NCBI GenBank assembly: GCA_013239625.1
Contig: MU053810.1
Span: 4,062,071-4,126,070 of the forward strand
Length of the DNA: 64,000 nt
Direction: 5' to 3'
From: Lama guanicoe
Lineage: Eukaryota
Below, piece by piece: positions 1 through 12,140 of the stretch; the first letter of the stretch is position 1; every line of letters begins with the position of its first letter. The notes beneath the pieces are model-generated. The model saw nothing but the letters and a program-made list of their open reading frames with translations, made no database searches and had not been told where the DNA came from. The position numbers and the translations under genes were made by a program.

Positions 1-547
1 AGATGCACCAGAGCAGCTGGCTGGCCACACCATTTAAGTCCTTCCTGGTCCCACATGCAGTTTGGCGCCACTCTGGCTAATACCAATGGGGATGATTCTA
101 GGTCTTTGGATCTGGCTGGACGTTCAGGGCCGCAGCAGGGATTCCAGAAACCTCTGGCTCACTTGATGCCCATTTCTTCCACCCAGTGTGGGGAAGTCGG
201 GCTGGGAGATGACCGTGGGTGATGCAAGTCTACCTTTGTATCCCTATTTTCTGTGACAGAGTTGCCTGCAGTCTCTTTGCCCAGTCTTGGCCCCTCCCCA
301 CATGTGTCTCCCCTCCAGGAAATGAGAACTTTGCCTGCCCTGAGCCCACTTGAAAAGTGAGGTTGGACACAGATAAAGACACTTGCCAATATCCAATTAC
401 ATTACATCTGAATTGACAGTATCCTGGGGGTCTGCATATCAAGAGACTTTCCTATAATAATGTTCAATTTGAATTGAAAGAAATCAGAGTACTGCTCCAA
501 TGAGAAAGAATTAAGAAATAATGATTGTACAAGGTAGATACGTGTGA

Positions 548-797
548 ATAATAATAACTAAGCATTGTTGAATCTTTACTGTATCCCAGGCATTGTCCTA
601 AAGAGTTAATTTGCATTATCTCACTTATTCCTCACAGAGGCCCAGTGAAGCCTGCACTATTATTATCTCCATTTTAGAAAAGTGGAAATTTAGGTATGGA
701 AAGGTAAAGTAATTTGTCCCAAGCATACAGCTACCAAATGACAAGATTGATAAACTCAGCCCTTACTTACTCTAGAGATCATGTTCTTAAAACCACA
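548..797 (-). mobile_element. MIR SINE relic
   Basis: Reverse-strand MIR core (attatctccattttagaaaagtggaaatttagg...aaggtaaagtaatttgtcccaag). Boundaries approximate. Confidence 0.7.
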
Positions 798-1633
798 AAG
801 TTATTTTGCAATGAAGGAGACAGGTTGCCATTTTTTGGTTTTGTTTTATAATTGCTCAGATTCACAGCTGGACCATAATAATTAAAGTCTCAGTAGCTAG
901 CTTTGTTACAAATGAAAAGAATTCTATTAGGGCGGGAAAATCCTGCAAACGTTTGGAATGTTGATTTCTCAGTTCTAAAGAAGTTCTGATTGGATTCTAT
1001 TCCTAGCTTCTTATCTTTTCACAGAGGCATTTTGCAACCTTGTTTTTTCTTTCCCTAGAATTTTCACTTCTTCTTTTTTAATTTCTTCTCCTTTCTGTTT
1101 AAATGTGCTCATGTCTATTGCATCCTGGGGGGAAAAACACAGAGTGACCTATTGTTGCTGTATCTATTTCTTGTATTTTTTTTTTTTAAGACCTAAGTCT
1201 TCCTTCCGTTCCCACTCCTCCGCTTTCTCAAGTTCATCTCTTGAACACTCAGGTAATCTCTTTTCAAAGTTCAAAGGCATTTGTCATTTTCATGGCTTCT
1301 GGCTCTTTTATCTTCTCTATGACCAAGCCTTCTGCAACTTTTTTCCTGTTCTTTTTTTATCCCTCCTCTTTCTCCTCTCCACTCGCTGTATGTTTCTCCA
1401 AAGCGTACTTCTCAGAACTCTGCTATTCTTCTGATGTGTTCTTCCCTTTGAAAAGGTCATCCATTTTCAAAGTTTATCTGTCTGCTCCTTAGTAATTTCC
1501 TCTTACCCAAGCGTCAGGATTTATTTCCAAGTGCTTCCTGGAAATTTCCATTTAAGTGTTATGTTGTCACCATGAAGCTCCACGTGTATAAGGTTTAGGT
1601 CATAATCAATATTCCCCATGTGAATTCTTATGG

Positions 1634-1876
1634 TAATAATAATAATGGGAAACACTTGTGCAGCATGTACACGAAGCCTGGCACCATTCTAAGCACTTTA
1701 TGTGTGTTAACTCACTTAGTTCGTAAAGCAACTATTATCCTCATTTTACAGATGAAGGAACTCAGGCCTGGAGAGGTGAAGCCGTGTGCCCCCAGCTGAC
1801 ATCACACGCTACCGAGCGGAATAACCAAGGTTGACCCAGGCAGTACTAAGAGTCTTTCTCCTGACCACTGCTCTGT
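1634..1876 (-). mobile_element. MIR SINE relic
   Basis: Core attatcctcattttacagatgaaggaactcaggcctggagaggtgaag, preceded by ggcaccattctaagcacttta. Confidence 0.75.
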
Positions 1877-1964
1877 ATTTCTACGTGATGTTTTCCAAGT
1901 CCCCACGTTCAAAACTATATTCATCAGCCCTCTCTTTTCTTGCAGTCCAATTTATGCCTTCTTT

Positions 1965-2138
1965 TTTCTTATATAATTAAAAAATTATTAAAATACAGTC
2001 AATTACAATGTGTCTGTCTCTGGTGTACAGCATGCTATCCCAGTCATGCATATACATACATATATTCATTTTCATATTCTCCTCCATTAAAGGTTATTAC
2101 AAGATATTGAACATAGTTTTCTGTGCTCTACAGCAGAT
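1965..2138 (-). mobile_element. 5'-truncated lineage-specific L1 3'-end stub
   Basis: L1 3'UTR motif (acaatgtgtc...tctggtgtacagca...gaacatagttttctgtgct). Flanked by a 16-bp TSD with one mismatch: aatttatgccttcttt 1949-1964 / aatttatcccttcttt 2139-2154. Confidence 0.8.
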
Positions 2139-5100
2139 AATTTATCCCTTCTTTACTTTTCTTTCAAAATGTTTTTGGTGTTTCTATCCATCAGGGTCTG
2201 CAGAGGCACAAATGGCCCATTCAAAAAAAAAAAAAAGATATAATTAAGGAAACCATAAAGGGATGGGGAAGCTCCCAGGTGCTAATACCACAGGGGGTGC
2301 TGTTACCACCCCTAGTCTTGAAAAGAAGTAAATGACGTTATGGGAGTCCAGAGAAAGCTGTATCTAATGAAGTAGGACCACCCGCCCGTTCCTAGAGCAA
2401 TGCAGCCATTGCTGAAATCTCGTGCGGCATGGGATGGGGAGTGGGGAGAGTAAGGACCCCAATTTTTTTCTCCTTGTGGCTTCCAGTTTCCCACTTGTCC
2501 TTCATTACCTCATGTCCTCTCAATGGTCTATCTTCATTCCCCTCCACTCTGTCCTTCTGCCCTATCACCAGACCACACTCTCTCTAAGATGCCCCTTCAT
2601 TTTTCTTTTCATACCTTCAAAGGCTTGTCACTGCTCTTCAGTCTGTTGTTGACAATCCTCTGAATCCTGAGTCCAATCCTTTTTCAAATGTTATCTTCTC
2701 AACTCTCCTCGCCCTGTGCTCCCACTGGCCTCCTCCTTGCTGTCCCCCTTTCTACAAACATGCCTTTCTCATACCTGCATCAAATGCTAGAGCTCACATC
2801 CCTCTCTATGCCTGAAATACTTTTGGTCTTCTATCCAAATGCTGTACATCCTTCAAGACCTTTCTCTTCCAGAAAGACTTCTCTGACCACTCCTACATAC
2901 GTAGGTCCCTCTGTTTTCCCAAGTTTCTGCTGAATTGTGGGGAACACCTGGACAATCAGGTTTCATAAACATGTGCCTTGTCTCCTCTAACTGAGGCTGG
3001 AGATCCAAAAATGGAGGATGTGGTTGGTGGTTTGTTGGTGTGACTCATTTTCTAAGCTGCAATGGTTTGAAAGGGTACAACTAAAGCAGAATGGGGGACA
3101 AGTAACATGGCAACAAAAAGTGATCGACAGTCTAAGCCCCTTCCTGCAAAATCAGGGCAATCCCAGCCTTCAAGTCCCTCCCTCTCCTGGCTGAGTCCCA
3201 GGTGCTCTCCTTTGCTGTTAAAAGCACTTCAGATCCGCTGCCCATGGCCATCTCCTCTGTGCTCCATTTCCGCTATTGTAGGCTGCAGGTTGAGACTGGT
3301 CAGGGTTCTGTAGGCATCTTTCAACTTTCATTTATAAAAGGGGGTTGTTCATTTCTATGTGGTTAGTGTTCTTCTCACTCTGGAGAATTTCAGTCTACTG
3401 ACCCATAGCTAGTATTTCTGGCTTAAGTTGGTCCAGGTCAATGCTTCCTTCACGTTAGGCAATGCCTGGGAGATGACCTTTATTTCTCTTCTTTGCTCAA
3501 GGATTTCAGTGCTGGAGGTTCAGTGAGCCCCGCCCAGCTGAGAACCCTTAATAGAACCTTCTGTGACATGCTTGGACATATCTGAGCTCCCCTAAACAGC
3601 ATGACAACTTATTCTCACAGGGCCCTTGCCATCTGTCACCTACCCTGATATCTACATGTTGGTTTTTTTCTTTCCTTTTCCCAATCTCTTTAAGACACTA
3701 GACTCTCCTTTACTGCTACTAGGAAGGCTTGAAAGTCAACTTTTTGACAGTTAAGTAAAGGCAGGACGAGTTACCGAACATAAATGGACTTATTCCATTG
3801 ATAATTTGGATGGTTTCTCTGGCCTTATGTCTAGAAGCCTTTTCCATCTTTTTGTATTTTTCTACCCTGTATTTTTCAATGAATGCTTCTTAAGATGACA
3901 GGTTCTCCAAGAGCTTAATCTGAAATGGAGGATTTAAAAAACGGATCTTAAGAAAAACCAAAGTATTTCAGAGGGAGGATGAGTTTCCATAGTGAAATCT
4001 ATTAATAATGGCCATCTTGGGGTCTTCTGAATGATGTATGCACAGTTTATAAAATAATAACTCTCTATGTCCATTAATTTTGGAGCAAAGAATGCAATGC
4101 TCATCCTTTTCTAGGCTACTGTAGTTTGTAATTAGGTGATGAAATGTACTCTTCTCCAAATTCAACAGCAGTTAGCTATCTAGATGTTTCTTTCCATCAA
4201 GTAAAAGCTATATTGCTTTTTTAGAGATGATTGCAGAAATGAAAAACATCACCAGACTAGCTATATCAAGACAGGGAATGGAGGGAAAAAAAGAACCATT
4301 TAAAAAACCAATTGAGTCCATACAAGAACATTCCTTTTAAAGATTTTGACATCATGAGGAAACTTACAACTGTCTGTCTCAACTGTTATAAAATTGTATA
4401 ATGTGAAAGAGGACGATTGAACTAGATGAGAACAGAGAAGAGGGCCCGGGCAATATGCTTTCACAAACACAAAGACCTTCTTTTGTTGGAATGGAAGAAA
4501 ACAAAAAAAACAAAAAAACAACCCAGAAGCTGAACTTGGTAGGTTTGAGGGCTTGCAAATGCAACCAGCTGAAAGAAACTTCATGAACATTTAGCATAAA
4601 ACTCATCTTTAATCTCATAAACTTAATTTTTTCCCCTAGCATATGGGATGCATAAAAAGGAAATAAAACTTTAGTAAATTGAGCCTTACTTGTGCTTTAT
4701 AAAAAAGAAATTGAATTGCTGTAATGGCAGCTGCAGCTGGCTTTCAGCTTCGAACAACCAGTGTAAATCTAGTTTTTAGTGCTTGATTTAGTAAACACTC
4801 AGCTGCAAACAGGCTTCGAAAACAACTCTGAATGCAGGGTTTTCTGTAGAGGCAGTTATGTAACCTCTGTGTGTTACGCCTTTAAAATATGTGAAGAGTG
4901 CAGAATCCCTGATTGAGATCCCTGACAATAATCCTTTATATCTAACTCTGCATGGATTTTGCTACTCAGTATACATAGAGTTATTACAAATGGCTATACA
5001 TTTAAATGTATGTATAATACTCATTAAAAAAAAAAAAAGCTAGAGTACTAATAACCAGCTCAGAAGCCAGAGTTAATTGGACTTGTTGCTCGGTTATCTC

Positions 5101-6489
5101 CAAGTGGTAATCACGGCTTGTTTTCCATTCTGCCCTTCCCTGAGCCTCATCACGCTCCCCACACATGCAGGAACTGTGAGAAAATGCTGGTTCGTATTCT
5201 GTTGAGCAGAGACTGCACGTGCCCAGCTTGCAATTTTTGCTAAAAATAGGAAGAAAATCTTGTTCCTGATGAACAAGATGAAACACTCAATTGCTTTTAA
5301 ATTGACACACAAATAACTTAAAGATTCTAATGTCGGTTTATCCTAAATGTTTCTTAGTGACCTGAACTGCGTTGGGGGGATTTTTGGGTTTTGGTTTTTG
5401 TCATTTTTTCCAATCACTCTATATAATAGTCATAAAATGAGAGTTGGCCCTTTATGACGTTCCTGCTAAAGGAATCTTTTAAAATAATTCTGGCTAGGAT
5501 GACCAAGGTTAACCCAGGGAACAATACGGAATTAGGATAAATCAGTGCCTCTTTCTTCCTCCCTTAACCATTTTCCAGTATCTCAGGCTTATTTTCAGCT
5601 GGCTGCCAACCAGTCCTGCCTAGGGATAAGTGGTAAGGTACTTACTCTCTTTTTCAGGAACATTTCCAATTTTAAAAGAGAGCCTTGACTGTGGAAAAGT
5701 CCTAAGACCCCCAACTGTGTGCTGTCTGCTTGACGGGTTCTGGGGTTGATCCGAGCAGAGGGCAGTTTGTCCTAAGTCTAGGTCTGGACACAGTGGCTGG
5801 ACTTTAGAGAAGAAAATTCACACACACTCTTTCTTTTTCCCACCATCTGGTCATTTGGCTGCCAGCAACTGGAGCTTATTCCACTTTAGGAGATGTGAAA
5901 ACAAGATGGCTGTACAGCCCGGGGGGCGAGGAGAGTCACGAGGGAGGGACCTACTTGAGGCTCAGCTGTTACCAGCTGACCTTAGGGAGCTTAGGGAAGT
6001 CATTTAAACTCTCTGAGCTTCTGTCTGGTCCACCTTTCAGAGCTGTTGCAGCATCAAATCAAAACATGAGACGGCACTTTGAAAACTGTAAAGGACTGTA
6101 CATTTCCAAGGGACTTGGATTAGTCAAGGCCGTGAAGGTTACACACACAGTGAGGAGTCCGTTCCTATTCCCTGGGAGAGGGTAATCCCCCCCGGGCCAC
6201 TGTTTCAGAGAATTAATGTGGGCAAGTGACAGACCCTGTTCTGCCTGTGGATGAAATTCTGAATCCTGGAGAAGATTAGGTCCCTGACTATGCAAACAAT
6301 TAAAAAGGTATGAACGCACCACAGAAATACAAGTGAAAGTATTTAAGGTGAAAAGAGCTGGGTTGTTCCAGGTGTAGTCCGTATGATACCCCTCCCCTGG
6401 CAGGGGTTCAAATAATATTACATATCTTTTTAATATTCAAATGAATCACTTGAGAGCCTCCCTGTTTATATTGGAAGTTCATCATTTTT

Positions 6490-7080
6490 CTTTACTTTCA
6501 TTTTTCAATTAAATTTATAATCAAAGCTTTACATGCATGTAGTTTAAAATGGCAAACAGTAGTAAAAGATCTATTACAAAATTTGTTTCCTGACTCTCCC
6601 CACCTCACTTCCCCTGGTCCCAGTCCTCAAAGGCAACAAGTTTCAATTCTTTTAAATCTCCTCTGACCTTTACACATCCCCAAAGTTCTAAAACTATGCA
6701 TATATTGCTGTCTCTTGATTTGCCCATTTTAGACATTACTTGTTGAATTAATATTGTGAAAGATACAGCTACCTCTTGTTTCTGCCATCATTTTGTTCCT
6801 CCTTTCTCATCTTCCCAATATAGTTCTACTACAGTGTTGGTTGAATTAGCATGAAGATTATTCTCATATCCCTTATAACTGATCATGTCTGTGTACTATG
6901 GTTATTTCCCCTTCCCTTCTGTTTTTATAAAGTTAATAATGCCTGTTTTTTTCACTTGCTGTGTTTTCTTTGTATTTATTTTAAATTATTTCCATTTCTT
7001 CTAATGGTCTTTTGGTAAAGCTTTCCACAAAATCAGTCACGACAGCTGGCCTATCAGTTCTTATAGATATATTTTTTTAA
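6490..7080 (-). mobile_element. Ancient L1 (L1ME-like) fragment
   Basis: T-rich, degenerate L1 3' motifs (ctttacatgcatgtagtttaaaat...caaaggcaacaagtttcaattc). Boundaries approximate. Confidence 0.4.
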
Positions 7081-7329
7081 GATATTTGCCCTAGAGACCT
7101 TTCTCAGCTGACAGGACGGTGATCATCTTTGGATTGCTTTTGGTCCCATTCCAGGCCTGAGTGGGCTTTCCAAACTCATAACCTGCTCTGTGTGTTTCTC
7201 TCAGTAGATGTTACAGCAGAGGGAATCAGAATGCCCATCCCGTGACTCACACTATTTCATTCATTCTGTATATGTGGTGCCCAGGTATCATTAGGACTTT
7301 TTCTTCACTATCATCTTGAAAATTCCTTT

Positions 7330-8830
7330 TCTCTCTGCTGTTTTCAATCACCTCTTCCCGGTATCCTGTGTAGCTCTTTTACTCTCTCACCCGGTGAAGG
7401 CATCTCAGTAGCTTCCTGAGAAAGTGTGCAGAAATGCAAGTTTTTTGAGACCATGTATTTCCAGAAGTGGTTTAATTTTACCTTATCTGTAATTTATGGC
7501 TGAGTATTGAATTCTCAGTTGGAAGTAATTTTCCTTCAAAAATTTGAAAGCATTATTTTATTGTCTTCTTCAACCAGGGTTGGTCTCGAGAAGTACAAAC
7601 GCATTCTGAACCCTGACATTTTGAATGTGCCCGTTTTCTCCTCTCTCTCTAACTTGCAGGAGATTTTCTTGGTCCACAGTACAGGCATACCTCATTTTAT
7701 TGTGCTTCACTTTATTGTGCTTTGCAGATACAAACTGAAGGTTTCTGGCAATCCTGTGTAGAACAAGTCTCTTGGTGCCATTTTTCCAACAGCATTTGCT
7801 CACTTTCTGTCTCTGTATCACACTTTGGTAATTCTCACGGTATTTAACATTTTTTTCATTGTTATTGTATTTGTTATGGTGACCTGTGATCAGTGATCTT
7901 TAATGTTACTCTTGCAAAAAGATTACAACTCACTGAAGGCTCAGATGATGATTAGCATTTTTTGGCAATAAAGTATTTTTAAATTAAGATATGTACTTTT
8001 TTTTAGGCATAATGCTATTGCACACTAAATAGACTATGGTATAGTGTAAATATAACTTTTAGGTGCACTAGGAAGCCAAAAATTTCAATTGACTTGCTTT
8101 GTTGTGATGTTTGCTGTATTGCGTAGGTCTGGAACTGAACCCACAGTATCTCTGAGGTCTGCCTGGATTCTGGTGGGTCTATTTCTTCTACTGTCTTGGT
8201 GCTTAGTGGATCTTTCAATCTGAAAACTGATGTCTTTTAGTTCTAGGAAATTTTGCTCATTATTTCTTCTCCTCTGTTTTCTCTCTTCTTTCTGGTAATC
8301 TAATCATTCTGATGGTAGATTTCCTGGAATTGTTTTTTAACTTTCTATTTCTTTAGTTGTCTTTCTATTACTCTCCCCCACAAGTTTTCTGGGTCTTCTA
8401 AATCTTATATTAAAAAATTCATTTGTGTTATCATCTTTTATAACTTTCAGAACACCTTTTGTTTTCTGAATGCTCCTTTTTGGAGGATTCTGTTCTTGTT
8501 TACAGAATGCAATACTTTTCTTGTGCCTCTGAGGATGCTAGCTACAGTTGTTTTTAAAACATTCCTCTCCTTGCATTGTTTCAGTTTCCTCCAAGGTTTA
8601 TTGTTTGTTTGTTTGTTTGTTTTGTTTTTGTGTTTGTTTTATCTTTATCTTCCACATTGAAGGGTTTTCTCATATGTCTGACAGACCAAGTTCAGGATTA
8701 GGGAAACAAAATTGATTAGAATCTCTGTAAATGTGGTTGGGGCTTGTTAATTTTGAGCTTTATTGTGGGGTCATCTTCACTTGGGTCTTTTGGAGGTGAG
8801 CTCTGAGTGTTAATATCTTGAAATCTTTCT
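7330..8830 (-). mobile_element. Ancient L1/HAL1 ORF1-region relic interrupted by a Tigger element
   Basis: Antisense ORF1-like motifs (gaattctcagttggaagtaattttccttcaaaatttgaaagcatt; ttcaatctgaaaactgatgtcttttagttctaggaaatttt) continue on both sides of the Tigger insertion. Confidence 0.55.
7682..8165 (+). mobile_element. Tigger1-family non-autonomous DNA transposon (internal deletion derivative)
   Basis: TIRs caggcatacctc... / ...gaggtctgcctg, with TA at the left flank (7680-7681). Internal sequence matches Tigger1 ends (aaaagattacaactcactgaaggctcagatgat). Confidence 0.88.
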
Positions 8831-9989
8831 CTTTTTCTCTGTTACTATTTTGGTAGTCTTAACTTTTTTTTTTCCTAAAATTTCAGGATCAACATAGTAG
8901 CACGCACTACAGTATGCTATTGTAATGCTATGCCTTTGAATAAGTTTTGTTGTTGAATAAGACATTTGTGAATCCTGTTTGTTTTGTCTTTTACTGACCT
9001 TGTAAGCTACTTAACTACAAAATGTGGCTTCTTACATAGTGCCTCTTGGTACTTATTCTTTCTGAAAATGAGATTTTTTTCCATTGCAAATAAGACATAC
9101 AATGTCTTTAAAACAAAAGAAGTATTTCCTAGTCTCCTTACTTTGAAACACATGATTTTCATCAGCTCCTTTTCTCTTCTTGGCAGCAACTGTTTGGAAA
9201 ATGACAGACTCTCCTCACACCATCATCATCCATTCTCCCCACCATCTGCCTTCCCTCCCAGCCAACAGACATTTACTTCTTCCTGCAAGGCAAATCCAAT
9301 CAATGATTATCCTGCAACTGTCAGACCCTACTAGTGGCACATCCATCAGCAGTACAAGAGTTGCCGATGTCATAGGATGGAACCAAGCTGAGACAGGTGC
9401 CTTGTCTCCCTAGCTGTTAAGTAAGAGGATTTCTGCTATTAAACCCTGGGCTGTCCTTCCTCCCTAGTCCTCCCTTTCCTCATGTCTAAGACAGGGATAA
9501 TATCACTAATTTTCAGGGTGGTCACGAGCGTTAAAACAAATTATTAGGTTGGAGGTTTCTCAGCAGTGCTTTAGAGCAATTTTAGCATCCTGGCCTTTTT
9601 AAGATTTTTGAGGGTCCTGAAGCATGCTTACTCTGTGAGAGGATGCAGGTGCAGCCCAGTGCCCTAAGATTTGGATTCTAAGGCATATGTTATTTCAATA
9701 ATTACTCACATCAACGTATTTCTTTATGAGGTTATTTTTGTTACTCATAAAAATTTCATTACAGAAAAGAAAGCCAGATAATGAGAAATAATTGCATGAG
9801 ATCCTAGTGTTGTTGGAAAGGACAAATGAGACCAAAGTGCCATGTTCATTCTCTTCCCTCTTTTCAACCAAGGATTCTGTCAGATGGACCCAAATGAGTG
9901 GTTTTACAGTAGTTCATGCTACAAGTACACCGATACACATTAAGCATGTCTATTTAGTGGGAAAATCAGGCCTGATCTAGGGAGGTAAT

Positions 9990-10215
9990 GCCATAGTATG
10001 AGAAGACCATGAATTCAAGAGCCAGGCTGGCTTACGTTGGAGTTCTGTTTCTGTCCCTGCCTTTTTGACTTGTGTGAGTCACTTGTCTGGACGACCATTT
10101 CCTTGTTGGTAAGATGGGGTTGATGACACTTTGCAGTGCTGAAGTGAATATTCAATGAAATTGTGATCCTAAAGTACCCAGTACATGGTTAGCACCCAAT
10201 AAATATTAATTCCCT
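9990..10215 (+). mobile_element. MIR SINE relic
   Basis: tgtgtgagtcacttgtc...tttccttgttggtaagatgggg...cccagtacatggttagcacccaataaatatta. Confidence 0.6.
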
Positions 10216-11549
10216 TTTTCCTTCATTCTGCCATAAAATAGTTTTTTGTTTTATTGTATTTATTTTAGAACACATTAAATATATTTAAATATATATATTT
10301 ATTATAATATCAAATAATTGGTTGCTTTTCATGTTTTTTCTATCCTTGTGGACTTTTTACACATTGGCCTGAGTTACTCTTTCAAGCAGAGTACAAGTTA
10401 CAGGTGTCCATGGGATAACTACCACTGTTACTCAAAATGACTGGCCACAGACCATGAGGTGAGCATTATATGGGGACAGATAGCCTTGAACTCTTTCCTT
10501 GCCTTCCACAGCCATTTCTCAGTGACCCCGAAGTCACTACCATAGCAGCAGGGCATCTCTCCTATGAATAGCCTTTTCCTACCCTGGGATGAGATGAACA
10601 CAAAGGAATATTTACTGTATGAGTTACAGATGCATACACGTTAAATTCTCTTTCCTAAGATAATATTTGTGTGCTTAGTGCTTTAGTTGAAATCAACCTA
10701 ATAGTCCTTCCAGCAGCATTCCTTTTATTACTCCATCTCCCTAATTATATTATCTATGATTCTCTCTATACTTTTGTTCCTAATGTCCGATATTTATCTG
10801 TATTCTTTTTGGAGAGAGGGTGAGGAGAGGATTTCAATCAGCTTTGAATTTGTGAGGACCTATTTGTATTGAACGTCTAATTACTTGAGTTTTTAGATGA
10901 GATGTTTTTATTAAAATCCAGATATACTGCATCCACAGGACCCACCCTAGCCACAGGAATTCCAGCTAACTTGCCATGCACTTATACAACAGTGCCGGGA
11001 TGGAAGGGCAATCTGTTTATAAGGAATCTGTTAAATTGCAGTTTGAATTTTTAAGTAGACCCCCAAATATATTCTTCAAAATGTCTGCTAAAGACCTCTG
11101 CCACACATTTTTTCCCAAACAATTGTAGGGCATTTGAGAGAGAGTATCTAGCAAGCCCAGCTTTTTCTTAAAGAATTTATAGATTCTCAAAGGGTAGAAA
11201 GAGGGAGGTCAAAAAATGCCATTCAAAATGCCACTGTGTACGTGTTTTGTTGTGTGTCCAGCACCATCTGAGCTGCGATTCCAAGTGTAGTGTTAGATCC
11301 TCCCCAGGCCTTGGTGGGAACTGGGTCTGTTAGGAGCAAGGGATGAACAAGTGTCTCATCTTCAGTCCACTGCTTTCTGAAGAGGCCTCGCACTGTAGGA
11401 AGATGAAAGGTCTTCATGACTACCCCTCGGGTACCGTTCTCAGTAACTCCCTGGTGTGGGCAACTGCTAGGCTTGGAAAGAACACAATAACCATCAATCC
11501 ATAAAGCACTTATTAAATACCTGTAAGAAAATGTGTGCAGTATAGAAAT

Positions 11550-11950
11550 AGAGCAGCTGGTGGCCAAAAGCACGGGCTTTGGAGTTAGAAAGACAGATTT
11601 CAACCCCACCACTTACCACCTGGAGGGTCTTGTGTAAGTTTTTTATCCTCAATTTCTTTCTTTCTTTTTCTTTTTTTTTAGGTTTTTTTGGGGGGGGTAA
11701 TTGGGTTTATTGATTGATTTTTTTAGAGGTGGTACTGGGGATTGAACCCAGGACCCTGTGCATGCTAAGCATGCACTCTACCACTTGAGCTATATCGTCT
11801 TCCATCCTCAATTTCTAACCTAAAAAAAAAAAAAAAGGAGATAATAGTTCTTGATTTACAGGATAATGAAGATCAAATGAAATAATGAGTATAGATTACT
11901 TAACATAGTCTCAATACATATTAAGTTTTTAACAGAAGGTTAAATAAATG
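11550..11950 (+). mobile_element. MIR relic interrupted by a younger SINE
   Basis: MIR 5' part gtggccaaaagcacgggctttggagttagaaagac. The MIR 3' part resumes after 11804. Confidence 0.7.
11658..11803 (-). mobile_element. tRNA-derived SINE (camelid Vic-1-like)
   Basis: Minus strand reads atatagctcaagtggtagagtgcatgcttagcatgcacagggtcctgggttcaatccccagtacc (A and B boxes), then an AT-rich region, C-run and A tail. Perfect 13-bp TSD atcctcaatttct at 11645-11657 / 11804-11816. Confidence 0.85.
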
Positions 11951-12140
11951 ATTTTTATAATTTTAATTACCATATCAATATTCACTGAGGATCCCTTGAG
12001 AGACCTATGTATGTAAATTCACAAGGCTATGGAAACCATTTTTTTTCTGTAAATGGGATCAAACTATATATTGTATTTTATTATTATTCACTTAAGTATA
12101 TGTTGTAAGACATTTTCCAAGTCAAAAAAAAAAAAATCTA

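Noticed and set aside
1..451. Minus-strand exon at the window start
   Set aside because: Weak acceptor, early stops and no protein similarity I can recognise.
3102..3114. RFX X-box-like gtaacatggcaac
   Set aside because: Only one good half-site and no promoter context.
11730..11803. tRNA gene (also 31930-32005)
   Set aside because: tRNA-like heads followed by an A-rich tail and TSDs are SINEs, not tRNA genes.
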